From Cycas panzhihuaensis (taxonomy: Eukaryota > Plantae > Cycadophyta), in contig CM041465.1 of assembly GCA_023213395.1 (NCBI GenBank), positions 159,843,741 through 159,907,740 on the forward strand: 64,000 bases of DNA, in the 5' to 3' direction. Below, one piece after another: positions 13,860 through 27,200 of the stretch. Made by a program: the position numbers and the translations under genes. The notes under the pieces were generated by a model. That model had not been told where the DNA came from. It made no database searches and saw nothing but the letters and a program-made list of their open reading frames with translations. How positions within the stretch are numbered: position 1 is the stretch's first letter; each line of letters begins with the position of its first letter.

Positions 13860-15737
13860 TTAATTAAGCAACTCCTCAACCTGCCTCTTTATTTCATTAT
13901 TCTCTACAATGGAGTGCCTATACAAAGCAACATTAGGTAATGATGCATCTCCTACAAGAGTGATTTCATGCTCTATCTTTCTCTTTGGTGGTAACCCATC
14001 AACATGTTGAAATAGAATATCATACCTTGTCTTTAACTCCTCCATTTGTTGCATTTGTTTAGGTGATATAAGAAGAGTGTGAGTAGAAAGACCTTCTTCA
14101 TCTCCTGACTCTTCTTTTCTCCTTACCATTAAGATGATGAATTTACCACATGCATTGATAATCCTTTTTGCTTGAGTAGCTGAAATTAATACTATCTTAT
14201 CCAAGTACTTCTTTGTAGCCTTTATGATGAAGCCCTTGTTATCCTTCATCAACCGATACTTTCTCTCCCTTCGATAGAAGAGTGCATCTCGATCCCACAA
14301 ATAGGGACTCCCAAGAACAACATGGCATACATCTAATGGCACCACATCACATATTACTTTATCAATAAAATCATTAGTGATGGAAAATTTAAGTGTACAT
14401 TGCTTTGATATTTGCATTTCCACATCTTTATGGATCCAACCAAGAGGATATGAGTGAGGGTGAGGAGTAGTTACCAACCCAATGCTCTTTACCAAACTTT
14501 CTGAGATCAAATTCTTTTGGCTCACTGGATCTATAATGGCACCAATCATACTATTTCCTACTTGAAGCTTCAAGTGAAATAGTTCCTCCCTTATAGCATC
14601 ATCTTCATAATTTGTAAGTAGAGTAACCTTCTCTTCTTCTCCTTCACTTTGAATCTCCACCTCAGAAAGTAGTGCTTTCCCTTTTTCCTTCTTTCTTAAT
14701 TCCATATCCTTGATATTCTTTAGCTTTAGTTCTGGATGTAACTTCCAACACTTTACTGTAATATGACCACTAATATCACAATGCTCACAATAGTTAGAAC
14801 TTTTAACAAAATTAATTCTTTTCTTCTTTCCTTCTTGCCTTTTAGATGAGTGCAATTTAGGATTCTTTTCATACTTATTAGAAGTAACAGTAGAATCTTT
14901 AGACATGAATGTAGATTTCTTACTTTTACTTTCTATTGCCATAGCCATTCTACTTACTTCTCCAATGGATTGAACCTTAAAAAGCCTTAGTTCCTTCCTT
15001 ATGTATTCATGTAATCCTCCAATGAATTTTATAAGAGTGACATGTTCATCCATATTAATACCAAGTAGCATGCCATGCCTAAAAAATAAAGAAGTATAGT
15101 CTTGGACACTTACACCTCTCCCTTGGCATAAATATTGCCAAGTGACCCATTGGTCTTCCTCATGACCTATGGGGTAGAATTGCTTCTTTATTATTTTCTT
15201 AAAATCCCTCCATGAAAAAGAAGATACATCATGAGTCTTTAAATATGCATTCCACCATGTCAATGCATGTTTACACAACTTGAGCCTAGCAAATGAAAGC
15301 TTTTGAGCATTACTATAAGCATAAATTGTGAAGTAGGTTTCAAGTTGATCCAACCAATGGTCCAACTTTTTAGCATTTACCTCTCCATCATAAGTTGGAA
15401 TATCCAACTTTGCCTCCACCTTTAAGGGTTGATGAGATGAAGTACCCTTGCTTTCTTCAAAAGAGTGCTTTAAGGTCTCCTCCTCTTCCTCTTCATGGTT
15501 ATGGTCATATGTAGATCCTCCTTCAAATTCCTTCTCTTTGCCTTTTCCTTTGACTAGAGGTAGAAGGTGGGTCATCATTTGCATCAAGGCTTCTATGTTC
15601 TTCTCAAGCTTTTCAAATCTAATTTCTCCATCTTCTTTTTCAGCCATGGTGCTTGGATTCTTTCTTTGTCTTCTTGGTGATTGTAACACAAGAAAGTCTT
15701 CACCTTTATCTTTATATCCTTTCCTTATTTGTACCAT
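13860..15737 (-). CDS. Gag-protease part of the element G polyprotein
   Basis: 625-aa ORF with retrotransposon gag (DIPTYDGE..WLDQLETYF), zinc knuckle CEHCDISGHITVKC and protease IIDPVSQKNLIS...VVLGSPYL. A premature stop separates it from RT. Confidence 0.92.
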   Translation of the reverse strand: MVQIRKGYKDKGEDFLVLQSPRRQRKNPSTMAEKEDGEIRFEKLEKNIEALMQMMTHLLPLVKGKGKEKEFEGGSTYDHNHEEEEEETLKHSFEESKGTSSHQPLKVEAKLDIPTYDGEVNAKKLDHWLDQLETYFTIYAYSNAQKLSFARLKLCKHALTWWNAYLKTHDVSSFSWRDFKKIIKKQFYPIGHEEDQWVTWQYLCQGRGVSVQDYTSLFFRHGMLLGINMDEHVTLIKFIGGLHEYIRKELRLFKVQSIGEVSRMAMAIESKSKKSTFMSKDSTVTSNKYEKNPKLHSSKRQEGKKKRINFVKSSNYCEHCDISGHITVKCWKLHPELKLKNIKDMELRKKEKGKALLSEVEIQSEGEEEKVTLLTNYEDDAIREELFHLKLQVGNSMIGAIIDPVSQKNLISESLVKSIGLVTTPHPHSYPLGWIHKDVEMQISKQCTLKFSITNDFIDKVICDVVPLDVCHVVLGSPYLWDRDALFYRRERKYRLMKDNKGFIIKATKKYLDKIVLISATQAKRIINACGKFIILMVRRKEESGDEEGLSTHTLLISPKQMQQMEELKTRYDILFQHVDGLPPKRKIEHEITLVGDASLPNVALYRHSIVENNEIKRQVEELLN

Positions 15738-15780
15738 TCAAGTCCCTATAATAAAGATCACAAGCTCTGATACCAAAATA

Positions 15781-16830
15781 TGATCCCAAAAGAGCTTAGT
15801 TGGTGATGAAGTCAATTATCAACCTTTTCTCTTTGAGATCCTGGGAGTTAGTGTAGAAATCTCAATAACATCAAAATAATAATGAGCCTATGAAAGGAAA
15901 ATTCTATACCAAATCATTTATTCTTGGAATTGATCCAAAAGTATGAGGAGTAATACTTTTATTAAACTATAAAAATCTCTATTTAATGGTGGAGAAATCA
16001 ACTAGCAAAGGAATGGTAAAATTACAAGGAATAAATGATACAATTATACCATAAGGGGGACTCCAACCCTCCAAATGCTTCTCCAAGGATGCTTCCCAAG
16101 TCAAGTCTCTAAGAACCCCCTCTCCAACTTGTATAAGGGCTCAATTTATAGAAAGAAAGAAAAATTGCATGTTTAACAAGTGGCAATCATACAAGTATAA
16201 CCACTAACCACCAGAATGCATGTTGTCCAAGTGGTCTTCATGCAATTCTTAAAGAATTTGTAGCTTATAACTAATCTTAATGGACTTCAATTTAACTCAA
16301 ATTTGGTACACATATAGGAACACATGTTCCCTCCACTTCCTCAAAATTTTAACTCATTTTGATGTTATTTGGCTACATTTCTATTCATTTAATTATAATA
16401 TGTATTTGCTGTTTTTCTGCTATCCAAGTGGCCCTCATACAATTCTTAAAAGTTGTAGTTTGTAACTGACCTTAACGGACTCCAATTCATCTCACATTTG
16501 GTATACATATAGGAACACATGTCTCCTCCTCTTCCTCAAAATTTTAGCTCATTTGGATGTCATTTGGCTACAAGTGTATTCATTTAATTATAAGATATAT
16601 TTGCTATTTTTTTTCTACTAGCTGTGGGATTAATTTTTATGCAAAAACAAAGCTTGAACTCTAATCAAATGATATTTTCTGAACCCCAAATTTTGTACAC
16701 ATCTAGTGGGATGTGTCTTGTACCTTAAAGTTTATATAATTTTGATACCATTTTTCCATATTTTTTTTAGTTATGCCAATGCCTAGCATTTTCTGCATCC
16801 TGTAAACATATGGTAGATCCTCCTGGATCA
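15781..16830 (-). repeat. 5' LTR of element G
   Basis: Collinear with 10088-11141. Confidence 0.95.
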
Positions 16831-17605
16831 AATCACTACAATAAAGAGTAATTACAAGGACTTCTCTTATGCCTTTGATAAGAAATACATTTTTGTCACC
16901 TAAAATTACTGTATAATTGATGGATTCCCACATATATTTGAACCAGTCTAATCTACCTACCATATGTATTATAGCACTTGAGTTAATGTACCACACATCA
17001 CTAGATCTTATTTCATGCTCATGACCAACATATAATAGATAGGAGGTTTGAGGCAACTAGTTGGAGCTAGAAAATAAGCACCTTCCAACCATATTTTAAT
17101 GTAAAATACAATAAAATAACTAAAAAATAAAAAGAATTAGTAGGTGTTAATTAGCCTTATAATAGCACACACTTATTTTATTAAGTAATACTAATGATAG
17201 ATCCCTCGATCACTATGCAAAGTGTTAGTAAATCATGTTAAAGCATCAAATACCACATAAGGAACCAAAGTTTCTGTTATGGCTATGCCAAATTTAAAGT
17301 ACATAAAAAACCACCATAGAAAATTTTCCTTTATTTTAGCAAATGACCCTTATTGAATCTAAAACAGACTTAGCCCTTTGAATGAAATCATAACATTACA
17401 AAGTAATAAAATTATTTTTAACCTATATTACTCATGGTAGATTTCATTTGCATATGACACTGTAATGATCAAATTCCTTCTCAAATCATTGAATTGATTC
17501 ATCTTACATTCATTTAAGACATTTAGTTAGTTCCATCAGTCTTTCAATCTTTGTCTTTCATCTAGTCATAAGGCTCTAAGCTAACTATTAACCTCATGGA
17601 GTAAC

Positions 17606-18308
17606 AAAAATACTTTAGGGTTAGCAAGATAGTTCCCTAACTACTTGCTAATATAGAAGATCTAAGGTGCAAAGACTAAAGGCTTGAGAGAGTGAACTAA
17701 TCAACCCTAACAAAGTTATTTGTGTGCCTTTTGGATGTGAGTGTAGGGAAACACTATGGGTTGGATGATGAAACAAGGGCTAAACTAAGGGTAGTCGCAA
17801 GGGTGTATGTATGTGGAAGGACTTATTTTAGTTTTGGGGGTCCTATGGTAAACTATGGGAAAGAAATAAACACTTATATGTGGCTATATACTTTTTAATT
17901 TTATAAAAGCAATAAACTAACCTTAGATAAAGGTACAATGTTGCCCCATGGGTTTGGGGGCTTATAACCACATGATCCCTTCTCTTATTTAGGCTTGTGA
18001 CTAATCAACAAAATAAAGACCAATGCACTTAGGTCTAATGCAATGCAGTGTGATGCGAATAAAAAAAATGAGAGAAAATGCTTTTGACTTTTTTTTTTTG
18101 CGGGGGGGGGGGCGGGTTTCCTTTTTTAATAAGAGAGGGAAAAATATAAACAAAATACCATTAGGAAATCAAAGTCAATTTTCTTTTTTCATTTTCTTCT
18201 TCCTACTCTTACTTTTGTTTGAGATTCTTTTCTTTTTAAAGAAGAAAGAAGGGGAGATAAAGGGGGTTTAGGTCAAATGAGGATATTCTTAAATTATTTT
18301 TCTTTCAC
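17606..18308 (-). repeat. Truncated 3' LTR of element C
   Basis: Collinear with 31758-32480 (agagtgaactaat, gagtgtagggaaacac, agggctaaactaaggg). Homology stops at the microsatellite. Confidence 0.85.
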
Positions 18309-18315
18309 TATATAT

Positions 18316-18348
<33 letters not shown>

Positions 18349-18350
18349 CA
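18309..18350. repeat. (TA)n(GATA)n microsatellite
   Basis: Read directly. Confidence 0.95.
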
Positions 18351-18663
18351 TAGTTTTTGGGAATTATCCCTAAGTGATAGTTTATACTTATGACTGACTA
18401 TGATCCCCCCTATGGGGTAACACCTAGCCAATGGGCAAGGATCATAATAGGGTGATAGGAATAATATGGTAAGGTGCCCCTAGTAGAGGTAATAGATCCT
18501 AGGAATGAAAGTCGTTTAGGTTCATTTCAGAGCTCAAATAGGAGTTTTAAGGCTCAAAATAGGTGTGACTAGGTAAAACCAAGTATAATTAAACACTAAG
18601 AGTATAACCTAGTATGACCAAGTATAACCTTGAGTACAATTGAGTGTAACTATGTGTAACTTG

Positions 18664-21600
18664 TATTGAGAAAACTAGGTCCCAATAACTAGAAATCATT
18701 ACTAAGATCTAAAATATTTTACAACTAGTTACAGGAATTGAAACTAAAATTTAACATGTAAGTTCTTACACTAGAGATAATATAATAAATGAATCAGAAA
18801 GACAAAGAATCACATATGCACTAGATATAACATGGAAAAACCCTATCAGTGTGCTATGGAAACATCCACATACGAAATATATCGAGCTTTATTGTTTAAG
18901 AATGGAGAAGTGTATATCATCTACAGTAGAATACTTACAACAACAACAACTAGCTGCCCTACTCATCACAATATATCCAGTACATTAAATACCATCAACA
19001 TAATGAAAAAACACCCTAAATCAAACTATATAAGAGAGTTATACAAGGTTTAAATCTTAACCATCAAATTTGGGGTATTTTGAATGAACGAGCCTAATTC
19101 TCTTTATAATTTAGTATGTTTCATAGCGCTAGCCTTTTGGGTCAAGGGCTACCACCCCCAAATCCCCTCTTTGTAGGGGGATTCTGGCTCTCCCTGCCTC
19201 CCTTAGATCCCCCTGCAAAAGTTGAGAGAGGGAACTACGCTTCCAATTTATCAAAATTTTTGCCTCTAAACATTATTGTCATATTATCTAATAATCTCCA
19301 CCTTGACAATAAGTTACCTGATACCATTTCTAGACTATTCATTACCTTTTCTATAAACTAAGAGAATTTAAGCACCATTTAAACTTCTCTAATAGTATTG
19401 GTTTTATAAACATGTCAACATAATTCTATTTTGTATTAACCTTCTCGAGTGCCACTGCACCTACTTCTACAACCTGTCTAATAACATGGTACTTAAGAGC
19501 AATATGCTTTGTTCTACTATGATAAGCTAGATTCTTCACTAAATAAGTGGCACTTTGACTGTCACAAAATATCTTTATCTTTTCTTATTTCCTTCCAAGC
19601 TCAATCAATAGACCCTGTAACCAGATTGCTCCCTTACAAGCATGTGCTACAATAATATATTTTATTTTTATAGTTGATAATATAATTGTACTCCGTAATT
19701 TTGATATCTAGCTAACTAGACCATTTGCAAGAGTAAATACATAACCTAAAGTAGATATTCTCTTGTCTAAATCTCCTAAAAAGTTTAAATCAACATATCC
19801 ATAAACTTGATTACATGTACCTCTAAAGGTGATTTAATAGTTACTTGTGCCTCTCAAATACCAAAGCACTCATTTCACTATTGCCTAATGTTCCTTTCCT
19901 AGATTTGCTATAAACTTGCTAAGTACATCGATTGCATGTGAAATGTTAGGTCTTATATATACCTTATCATACATCAAACTTCCTACTACACTGGCATAAG
20001 GTACATGAGATATATAATACTTTTCTTCTTCACTACTAGGACTCATACTTAAAGAAAGCTTGAAATAGGAAGCCAACGAGATACTAACTGGTTTCATATT
20101 TACCATACCAAATTTGGTTAGCACCTTCTCCAAATATTTCTATTATGATAACCATAGCTTACCATTTTTCTTGTCTCTATGTATCTCCATGCCTAAGATT
20201 TGTTTTGAAGCTCCTAGATCCTTCATATCAAAAGTCCTAGCCAATTGAGCCTTTAACTTATTGATTTCTGCCATGCTCTTACTTGCAACCATCATGTCAT
20301 TAACATACAATACCAAGATAATGAATAAGCCATTGTCTAAAAATTTAAAGTAAACATAGTGATCATACTTACTTCTTTTGAAAATTTAGCTCTCCATGAA
20401 GGCATCAAACTTCTTGTACCATTGCCTGGGTGAGTACTTTAGGCCATACAATGATTTCCTGAGCCTATAAACAAGTCTTTTCTTACCATCCTATATAAAC
20501 CCTTATGGTTAATCCATATAGATCTCCTCATCTAAGTCTCCATGCGAAAAAGTTACTTTTACATCTAACTACTCCAATTCCAAATCAAAAGAAGCTACTA
20601 ATACTAATAGAACCTGAATTAAAATAAGTTTAATAATAGGTGGAAAAATCTCATGAAAATCAATATCTGCTTTTTATACAAAGCTTTTAGCCACTAGTCT
20701 TGCCCTGTATTTGTCAACCTTTCCATCAATATCTATTTTCTTCTTGAAAACCCACCTAAAACTAATAATCTTCCTGCCATGTGGAAGTTCTACTAAGTCC
20801 CATATCAAAGCATCTATCTCTTCTTGAATAACCCTCTTCCACTTCTCACTATGAATATCATCTACTACTTCTTGATAGCATGTAGGTTCACTGTCATTAT
20901 AAACCAAAGTAATAGAAATATAAGGGTTATACCTATTAGGTGGATGACTGACTCATGTAGATCTTCTAATAGTTGATGGAGGAGTATCCAAATACTCCTA
21001 TAAATCTTCTACAAATTCATCTTCATAAAGGTCTTCTTGCTCTTTTGTTTCAAAAGATGGCTGGGTCTTAAGCTTTACCTATTGATGTTTAACTTGCTAC
21101 TCCTATTTCACTTTAACTTCTATACTATCTGATTTTAGACAGAGAGATTATTTAAGCACAAAAATTTTATTAATAGTGATTTTATAGGTAGTAGGATCCC
21201 ACAACCTATATCCCTTTATACCATCTCTATCACCATAACCAACAAAGATACATCTCTTGGATTTTTGGTCTAACTTTGAATGTTGACTTTTATTAGTTAA
21301 GGCATAAGCGTCATAACTAGAAACATTCAAATTTGAATAGTCACATAAATGTTTAGTCCATACCTCTTTAGGAATCTTATAGTCTATTGCAAGTGATGAT
21401 GACATGTTTGCCAAATAATAAGATGTCTGAATAACTTTTGCCCATAATCCATGCTCCACTTATGCATTAATTAACATGCTTCTCACTCTTTCTAAGAGTG
21501 TCTTATTCATACACTTAGCTATGCCATTCTGTTACAGAGTATAGTTAGTGGTCTTATGCCTTTCGATCCCAATTTCTCTGTAATAGTTCTCAAACTATAA

Positions 21601-23978
21601 GGAGTTGAACTCACCTTCATTATCAGTTCTTAAACATTTGATTAACCTACCAATGCTCTTCTCAACCAAATCCTTAAACTGCTTAAACACACTAAAAACT
21701 TTAGATTTTATTTTCAAAAAATAAACCCATACCTTTTCAAAGTAATCATCTATAAATGTGATAAAGTATAATAATCTTTCATGAGATATTATAGGGGCTA
21801 GTCCCCATACATTCAAATGTACATAATCTAGAACACCTTTACTAGTGTGACTTCCTACTTTAAACCCAAGTCTATTTTGCTTTCCAAAAATACAATGTTT
21901 ATAAAACCTTAAATTTGAAAGTTGTAAGTTAGGAAGTAATTTGTGGTTCATCAGCATCTTAAGTCCTTTCTTACTCATGTACCCAAGTCTCTGATGCCAT
22001 AAATGAGCTAGATCTTCTATGGTCTTTGATGCTATAGCTATATGGTTGACATCTATACTTCCCACCAAAATATAAAGGTTTCCTTTCTTTAAGGCTTTCA
22101 TAACAACCAAGGCATCCTTTGATACCTTCAAGACTCCTTCACGACCTATGTACATATAACCACTAGAATCTAGTTCACCCAAGAAAATCAGATTTCTTTT
22201 TAGATTAGGTACATGTCTAACTTTAGTTAATATTCTCACTACATCATTAAACATTTTAATTGTGATGCTACCAATGCCCATTTTCTTACAAGAAACTTTA
22301 TTTCCCATAAGTACATCACCACCATTATGAGTTTGGTATGATAAAAACCAACTCTTATGTGGATACATATGGTGTGAAGCACCTAAATCCAATAACAAAT
22401 TATAATGATAATTGGAAACATTATAATCAATCAAGACATCATCATCTGTACCTTGATTTAAATCCACCTGCTTAGCCTCCTTGGTAGGATCTTCCTATTT
22501 CTAGAACTCCTTCCTTTTGTAGTAATCCTTCTTGAGGTGACCTATCTTATTGTAGTGCTAACATCTGAGCTTACTCTTCTTACCTTTTGACTTTGACCTT
22601 GATGTATCCCTAGAGCTTTTTCCTCTCTCAATCGTTTTGCCCTTTGCTATCATAGCATTTAGTGTGGTGGTTTCAAGATTAGACTTCCTCCTCACCTTTT
22701 CTGTTAGTAAATAACTTATAATAGAATCATAGTCTAATTCATCTATAATACTCAAACTAATTGAGGTGATAATATTATCCTAAGATTTTGGTAATAAACA
22801 CAACAAGGTAACAACCTTGTCCTCATCCCTAATTATAACATCGATACTATCTAATTGAGAAATAAGAGTATTGAAAACATTTAAATGATCAAGAATTTTT
22901 ATACCTTCCTTTATCCATAATGAGTACAACTACCTCTTCAAGTAGATTCAACTTATCACTGATTTGGTCATGTACAAGCCTTCCAACTGGGTCTATAATC
23001 CTGTTATTATCTTCTCCCCTATAATGTTAAATAGAACTTTATCCACTAAGCACAATCATATTGTGCTAAGAGCCATTTTATCTAGATCATCCCATTCGTT
23101 ATTGTCCATCCCTATAGGTTTCATTGATTTGCCTTCTAGAGTTCTGTACAATCCTTATTGTACTAGAATATCATATGCTTTTAGCTTGCACAACTTGAAG
23201 TTATTATTACCATTAAATTTCTCCACCTCAAACTTTGCATTCATTAGTTTTACCATTTAGTACAAAAATCAACACTGAAACTTTTACAAACTTGCTACAA
23301 AAATAAAAGTGGCTCTAATACCATATGTTGAGAAAACAAGGTCCTAATAGCTAGAAACTTCCACCAAGATCTAAATAATTTTGTAGCTAGTTATAGAAAT
23401 TGAAACTAAAATTTAATATGTAAGTTCTTACCCTAGAGAAAATATAATAAATAAATTATAAAGCTAAAACATCACATATACACCAGATATAACATGGTAA
23501 AACCCTAGTAGTGTGCTAGGGAAACATCCACATAGGAAAGGTATCGAGTTTTATTATCAAAAAATAGAGAAATGCACATAATTTGTAATAAAATACTCAC
23601 AACAATAACAACTAGCCATCTCAGTCTTCATAGTATATCCAATACGTTGAATACCATCAACATAATAAAAACCCTAAATTAGGCTATATGAGATAGGCAT
23701 ATAAGATATAAATCTCGACTATTAAATATAGGGTATTTTGAATGAATGATCCTGTTTCTCTTTACAATTTAGCATGTTTTACAATGATAGCTTTTTAGAT
23801 TGAGGCCTACCACCCTTAAATCCCCACTTTGCAGGGGAGTTCTGACACCCCGCGTATCCCCTAACAAAGGGGCCCTTTTACTCGCCTTGGATCCCCTCGC
23901 AAAAGCTGAGGGGAAAAACCATGCTACCAACTTGTCAAAATTTTTATCTCTAAAACATTGTTATCACATTATCTAACA
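18664..23978 (-). mobile_element. Ty1/copia element F (Tnt1/Tork-like), full length, decayed
   Basis: LTRs at 18664-19293 and 23326-23978. Perfect TSD ACTTG at 18659-18663 and 23979-23983. PBS gctctaatacca at 23312-23323. PPT atctccaccttg after 19293. Confidence 0.95.
19351..23256 (-). pseudogene. Copia F gag-pol polyprotein
   Basis: Starts MVKLMNAKFEVEKFNG. Contains LLDLGASHHM (PR), LWHQRLGYMS, FIDDY...LRTDNEGEF (INT), KYRARLVAK and VPYASVVGSLMY (RT). Confidence 0.93.
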
Positions 23979-24287
23979 ACTTGGGATATAACTAAGTGTA
24001 ACCAAGTATAGCCAATTATAACTAGGTATAACTAACTATGATTAGGTGTAACCTTGGTATAACCAAGTGTAAGATCGTAATTATGGCAATCGAGGCATTA
24101 CTAATTTATACTTATAGTGAAGCATAGTATCCTTGTGAGGTAACATCTCTTCTTATAAAAGAGGATGGGGGGAGTAAGGAAGTACATTATGATGTCGTCC
24201 CCCATTGAGGGTGATGCACATCATAACTAAGAGTAGTTTAAGCTCATTTCAAAGTAAGCATACCCCCTACATTGGGAGGCAAAGAGG

Positions 24288-27200
24288 TCAACTATAAAAC
24301 CTCTTAAGGAATTTCCCATTAGTAACCTTTTCAAACACAAGGCCCTTCAATGTAGCAATTTGATATGCCTTATTGTTTAGGCTTTCTAAGATGATGAATA
24401 GGTCTATCTATTTAGGACCAAATTTTGATAATTGATTATATAAGTATTTGAGTTTGGGGACTTTGTCCCTAAGGACTAAGGGTTATAGTCATGTAAGCTC
24501 ATTATGGGTCTTTCGTGCCTTGGATTTAGAGGCTAAATTTGTTTGAGAAGTGGTAAGGCATCTCTCATTAAGTGCTTCTAAGTCTAATAGATAGGCTTAT
24601 TATCACCATTCTTCATCTATGAACTCTTTAATTTATATTTATAAAGAAGGGATCTTTACTTTAATATGTAAGATCACTTCTCATCTATAGACCAAGGAGA
24701 AACAGGTTATACCTGTGGTTGTCCTAATGGATATTCAATAGGCCCACGAGACTAGGTAAAGTTATAAGTGCCAATCTCTTTAGGACTGGGCCATTGTGTT
24801 CTTTACAATATTGACCAAGGTCTTGTTAAAGGTATCAATCTGGTCGTTAGCTTAAGGATAGTAGAGGGATAAGGTTTTATAAGATATTTCTAACTTTCCA
24901 CAAAGCTCATATATTTCTTTATTGTAAAATATAGTCCTATTATCTATGATTAAGATGTTGAGGACTTTAAATCTACAAATGATATGTTGAAAGATAATGG
25001 TGGTGATAGTCTTTCTCCTCATAGAAGAAAGGGGGGTCACCTTAGTGCACTTTATAAAGTATTCTATTATAGTCAAAATAAACTTATGTTGGTTAAAGAT
25101 GAGGGTGTTATAGCCCTAATGAGATTAAGACCCTATTGGAAGAATGGCCATGGTAATATTATGGCATGTAATACCTCATAAGGTTGGTCAATGATGCTGG
25201 AGTGTTCTTGACACTTTCAACATCATTGGACATATATGTGGGCATATTTAAATAAAGTAGGCCAATGAAACCCCATATGAAGGATCCTTTAGGCCATAAA
25301 TTAACCTCCAAAATAGCCTCTATAAACACTATCATGGCACTCATGGAGGACTTAATTTATTTTATTAGGATTAATGCATTTGTGGAGGATCCCTTCAAAA
25401 GATCTCTTATAAAACACATCCTTAATAAGGAAGTATTATCAAATAATTGCCCTTACATGTAACTTTACCTTCTCAATTGCATCTCGAGGGTACTTTTATT
25501 GAGTCAAATATTAGATAATGTCACTATACCATGTGTCATCGATCAACTTTTATCCTTTAGTTTGTTTGGGAGTGAAGATCATTTCATTAAGTAAGGAATC
25601 ATCAATTGGGGCATTGGAAGAATTAGGAAGGTGTGCATAAGCGAGTTGCTTCGTGATCACCATCCCTTTTTCAGATTTTTAGTTGATAATTTTGAGGTCA
25701 TACTCTTGGAGGAGGATGGCCAACTTGCTAGTTCATTAGCCTACTTACTAGTTTACCTCATTAGTTCTAACCTCATCATGAGGTAACAAAGTGGATTCAA
25801 TTGGACGATCACATGGGTTATATTTCCTAGGATGTAATGCCTTAATTTCTTAATGGTAAACACTGAGGTCAAACATTCCTTTTTAGTGAGAGGATACTTC
25901 ACTTTGACTGTAATAAGTGTATGATATATAAAGTATACAACCCTTTTAGTTTTTTAGTCATCCTATTGGGCAAGCATCACACCAATGGACTCTTCTATTA
26001 CTGATATATAGAGGATAAATGGCTAGTTGAACACAGGTAGGACTAAAATATGAGCCAAAATGAAAGCCTATTTGATATCTTAGAAAGCTTTTTGAGCTTT
26101 AGGAGACCAAATAAATAGGGACCCCTTTTTAAAGAGGTTTGTTAGCAGTTTCATATTTAAAGTGAAGTTCAACAAGAATCACTCAAGAAGCCTAATCATC
26201 CAAAAAATGACATAATTTACCAATGGACTTTTAGTGGAGGTATCTATATTATGGATTTAACCTTATTGAGGTCGAATTGGATCCCTCACTGTGATAGCTT
26301 AAAGCCAACAATTTTCTAGTCATGATGATAGATACACATTTAAGTGGGTTGAGGTTAACATGATATTTTTGACATATAAGGAAGATCTTCCTCAGGTCAT
26401 TAAGGTGGTCAGCTCTCTTACATAAGAGACCCATCAAATCATCCATGAAGACTTCAAGGATTTCATTAATGAGATCATGGAAGATGAAATAAATAGCCTA
26501 TTAGTAAGTAGCACTAATGTTCTTAAGGCTGAAAGGCATTTCTATGTAAGAAAATATCTCCCAGGGAGTAGTGAAAATTGTCTTATGATAGTCCTTATGC
26601 AAGATTTAAATTTGATTGTAACTTGAACAATTATCCATCAAGGACATAACCTTGAATCTGGCAGTCTAATCAATGATTTGGTTGGTAAATAGGAGTGGGA
26701 AATTATTTTTAGGATAAGCATTATTTATGTCCCTAAAGTCCATATAAATGCATATCGACCCATTATTTTTAATGATTGGCATGATGTTAGATACCTACTT
26801 TAGGTAGTCTATAGTTGTAATAAGGTCAATGATATACAACTTTTTAACTTTCATCTTCACAATGGTTGATAGTTTGGGATTTAAAGGCCTTTATTTTTAT
26901 TAGACAAGCCTAGCTCTGAGGATAGTCATTAAGTTGTGGGAGATAATGTTAGGGTCAATCTCTTTCATATTAGTGTAATCCCATGCAAATATATCTTAAA
27001 ACCCTCAGAAGAGTTTTGTATACTCCTATCCTCTTAGGGGGAACACTCCACACCAATTTTAATAATCTTATCTAAAGCAAGGATGATATCCCTTATTGCT
27101 CTAGAATAAAGAACATTTATATCTTTGAAATGAGGAGGGGCTTAATCTATTTAAGGATTAAGAGGAATGTTGGTTATGTTGTGGTTGGCCCAAGGGAGCC

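Larger units (their letters stand above)
10088..16830 (-). mobile_element. Young, nearly intact Ty3/gypsy chromovirus (CRM-like gag/protease), element G
   Basis: LTRs at 10088-11141 and 15781-16830 (TGATC...GATCA). Perfect TSD AATCA at 10083-10087 and 16831-16835. Perfect Met PBS gctctgatacca at 15764-15775. PPT at 11142-11158. Domain order is gag-PR-RT-RH-INT. Confidence 0.97.
18563..24071. repeat. Degenerate 10-bp tandem array (about AGTRTAACYA) in the 3' region of C, split by copia F (18563-18663 and 23984-24071)
   Basis: agtataacct agtatgacca agtataacct on the left; aagtgtaacc aagtatagcc aattataact aggtataact on the right. Confidence 0.8.

Noticed and set aside
11141-15783. Plus-strand ORFs overlapping element G (for example 11913..12212 and 15448..15783)
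   Set aside because: Antisense shadows of the gag-pol frame.
17090-17600. Possible old solo LTR (with 34223-34416) hosting element C inside copia B
   Set aside because: Non-coding and plausible, but I found no matching TSD or second copy.
18415-18465. taacacctagccaatg...aagga, reminiscent of the start of a twister ribozyme
   Set aside because: The conserved P4 loop and pseudoknot partners (GGUCCCAAG/GAGGG-type) are missing in all copies of the unit.
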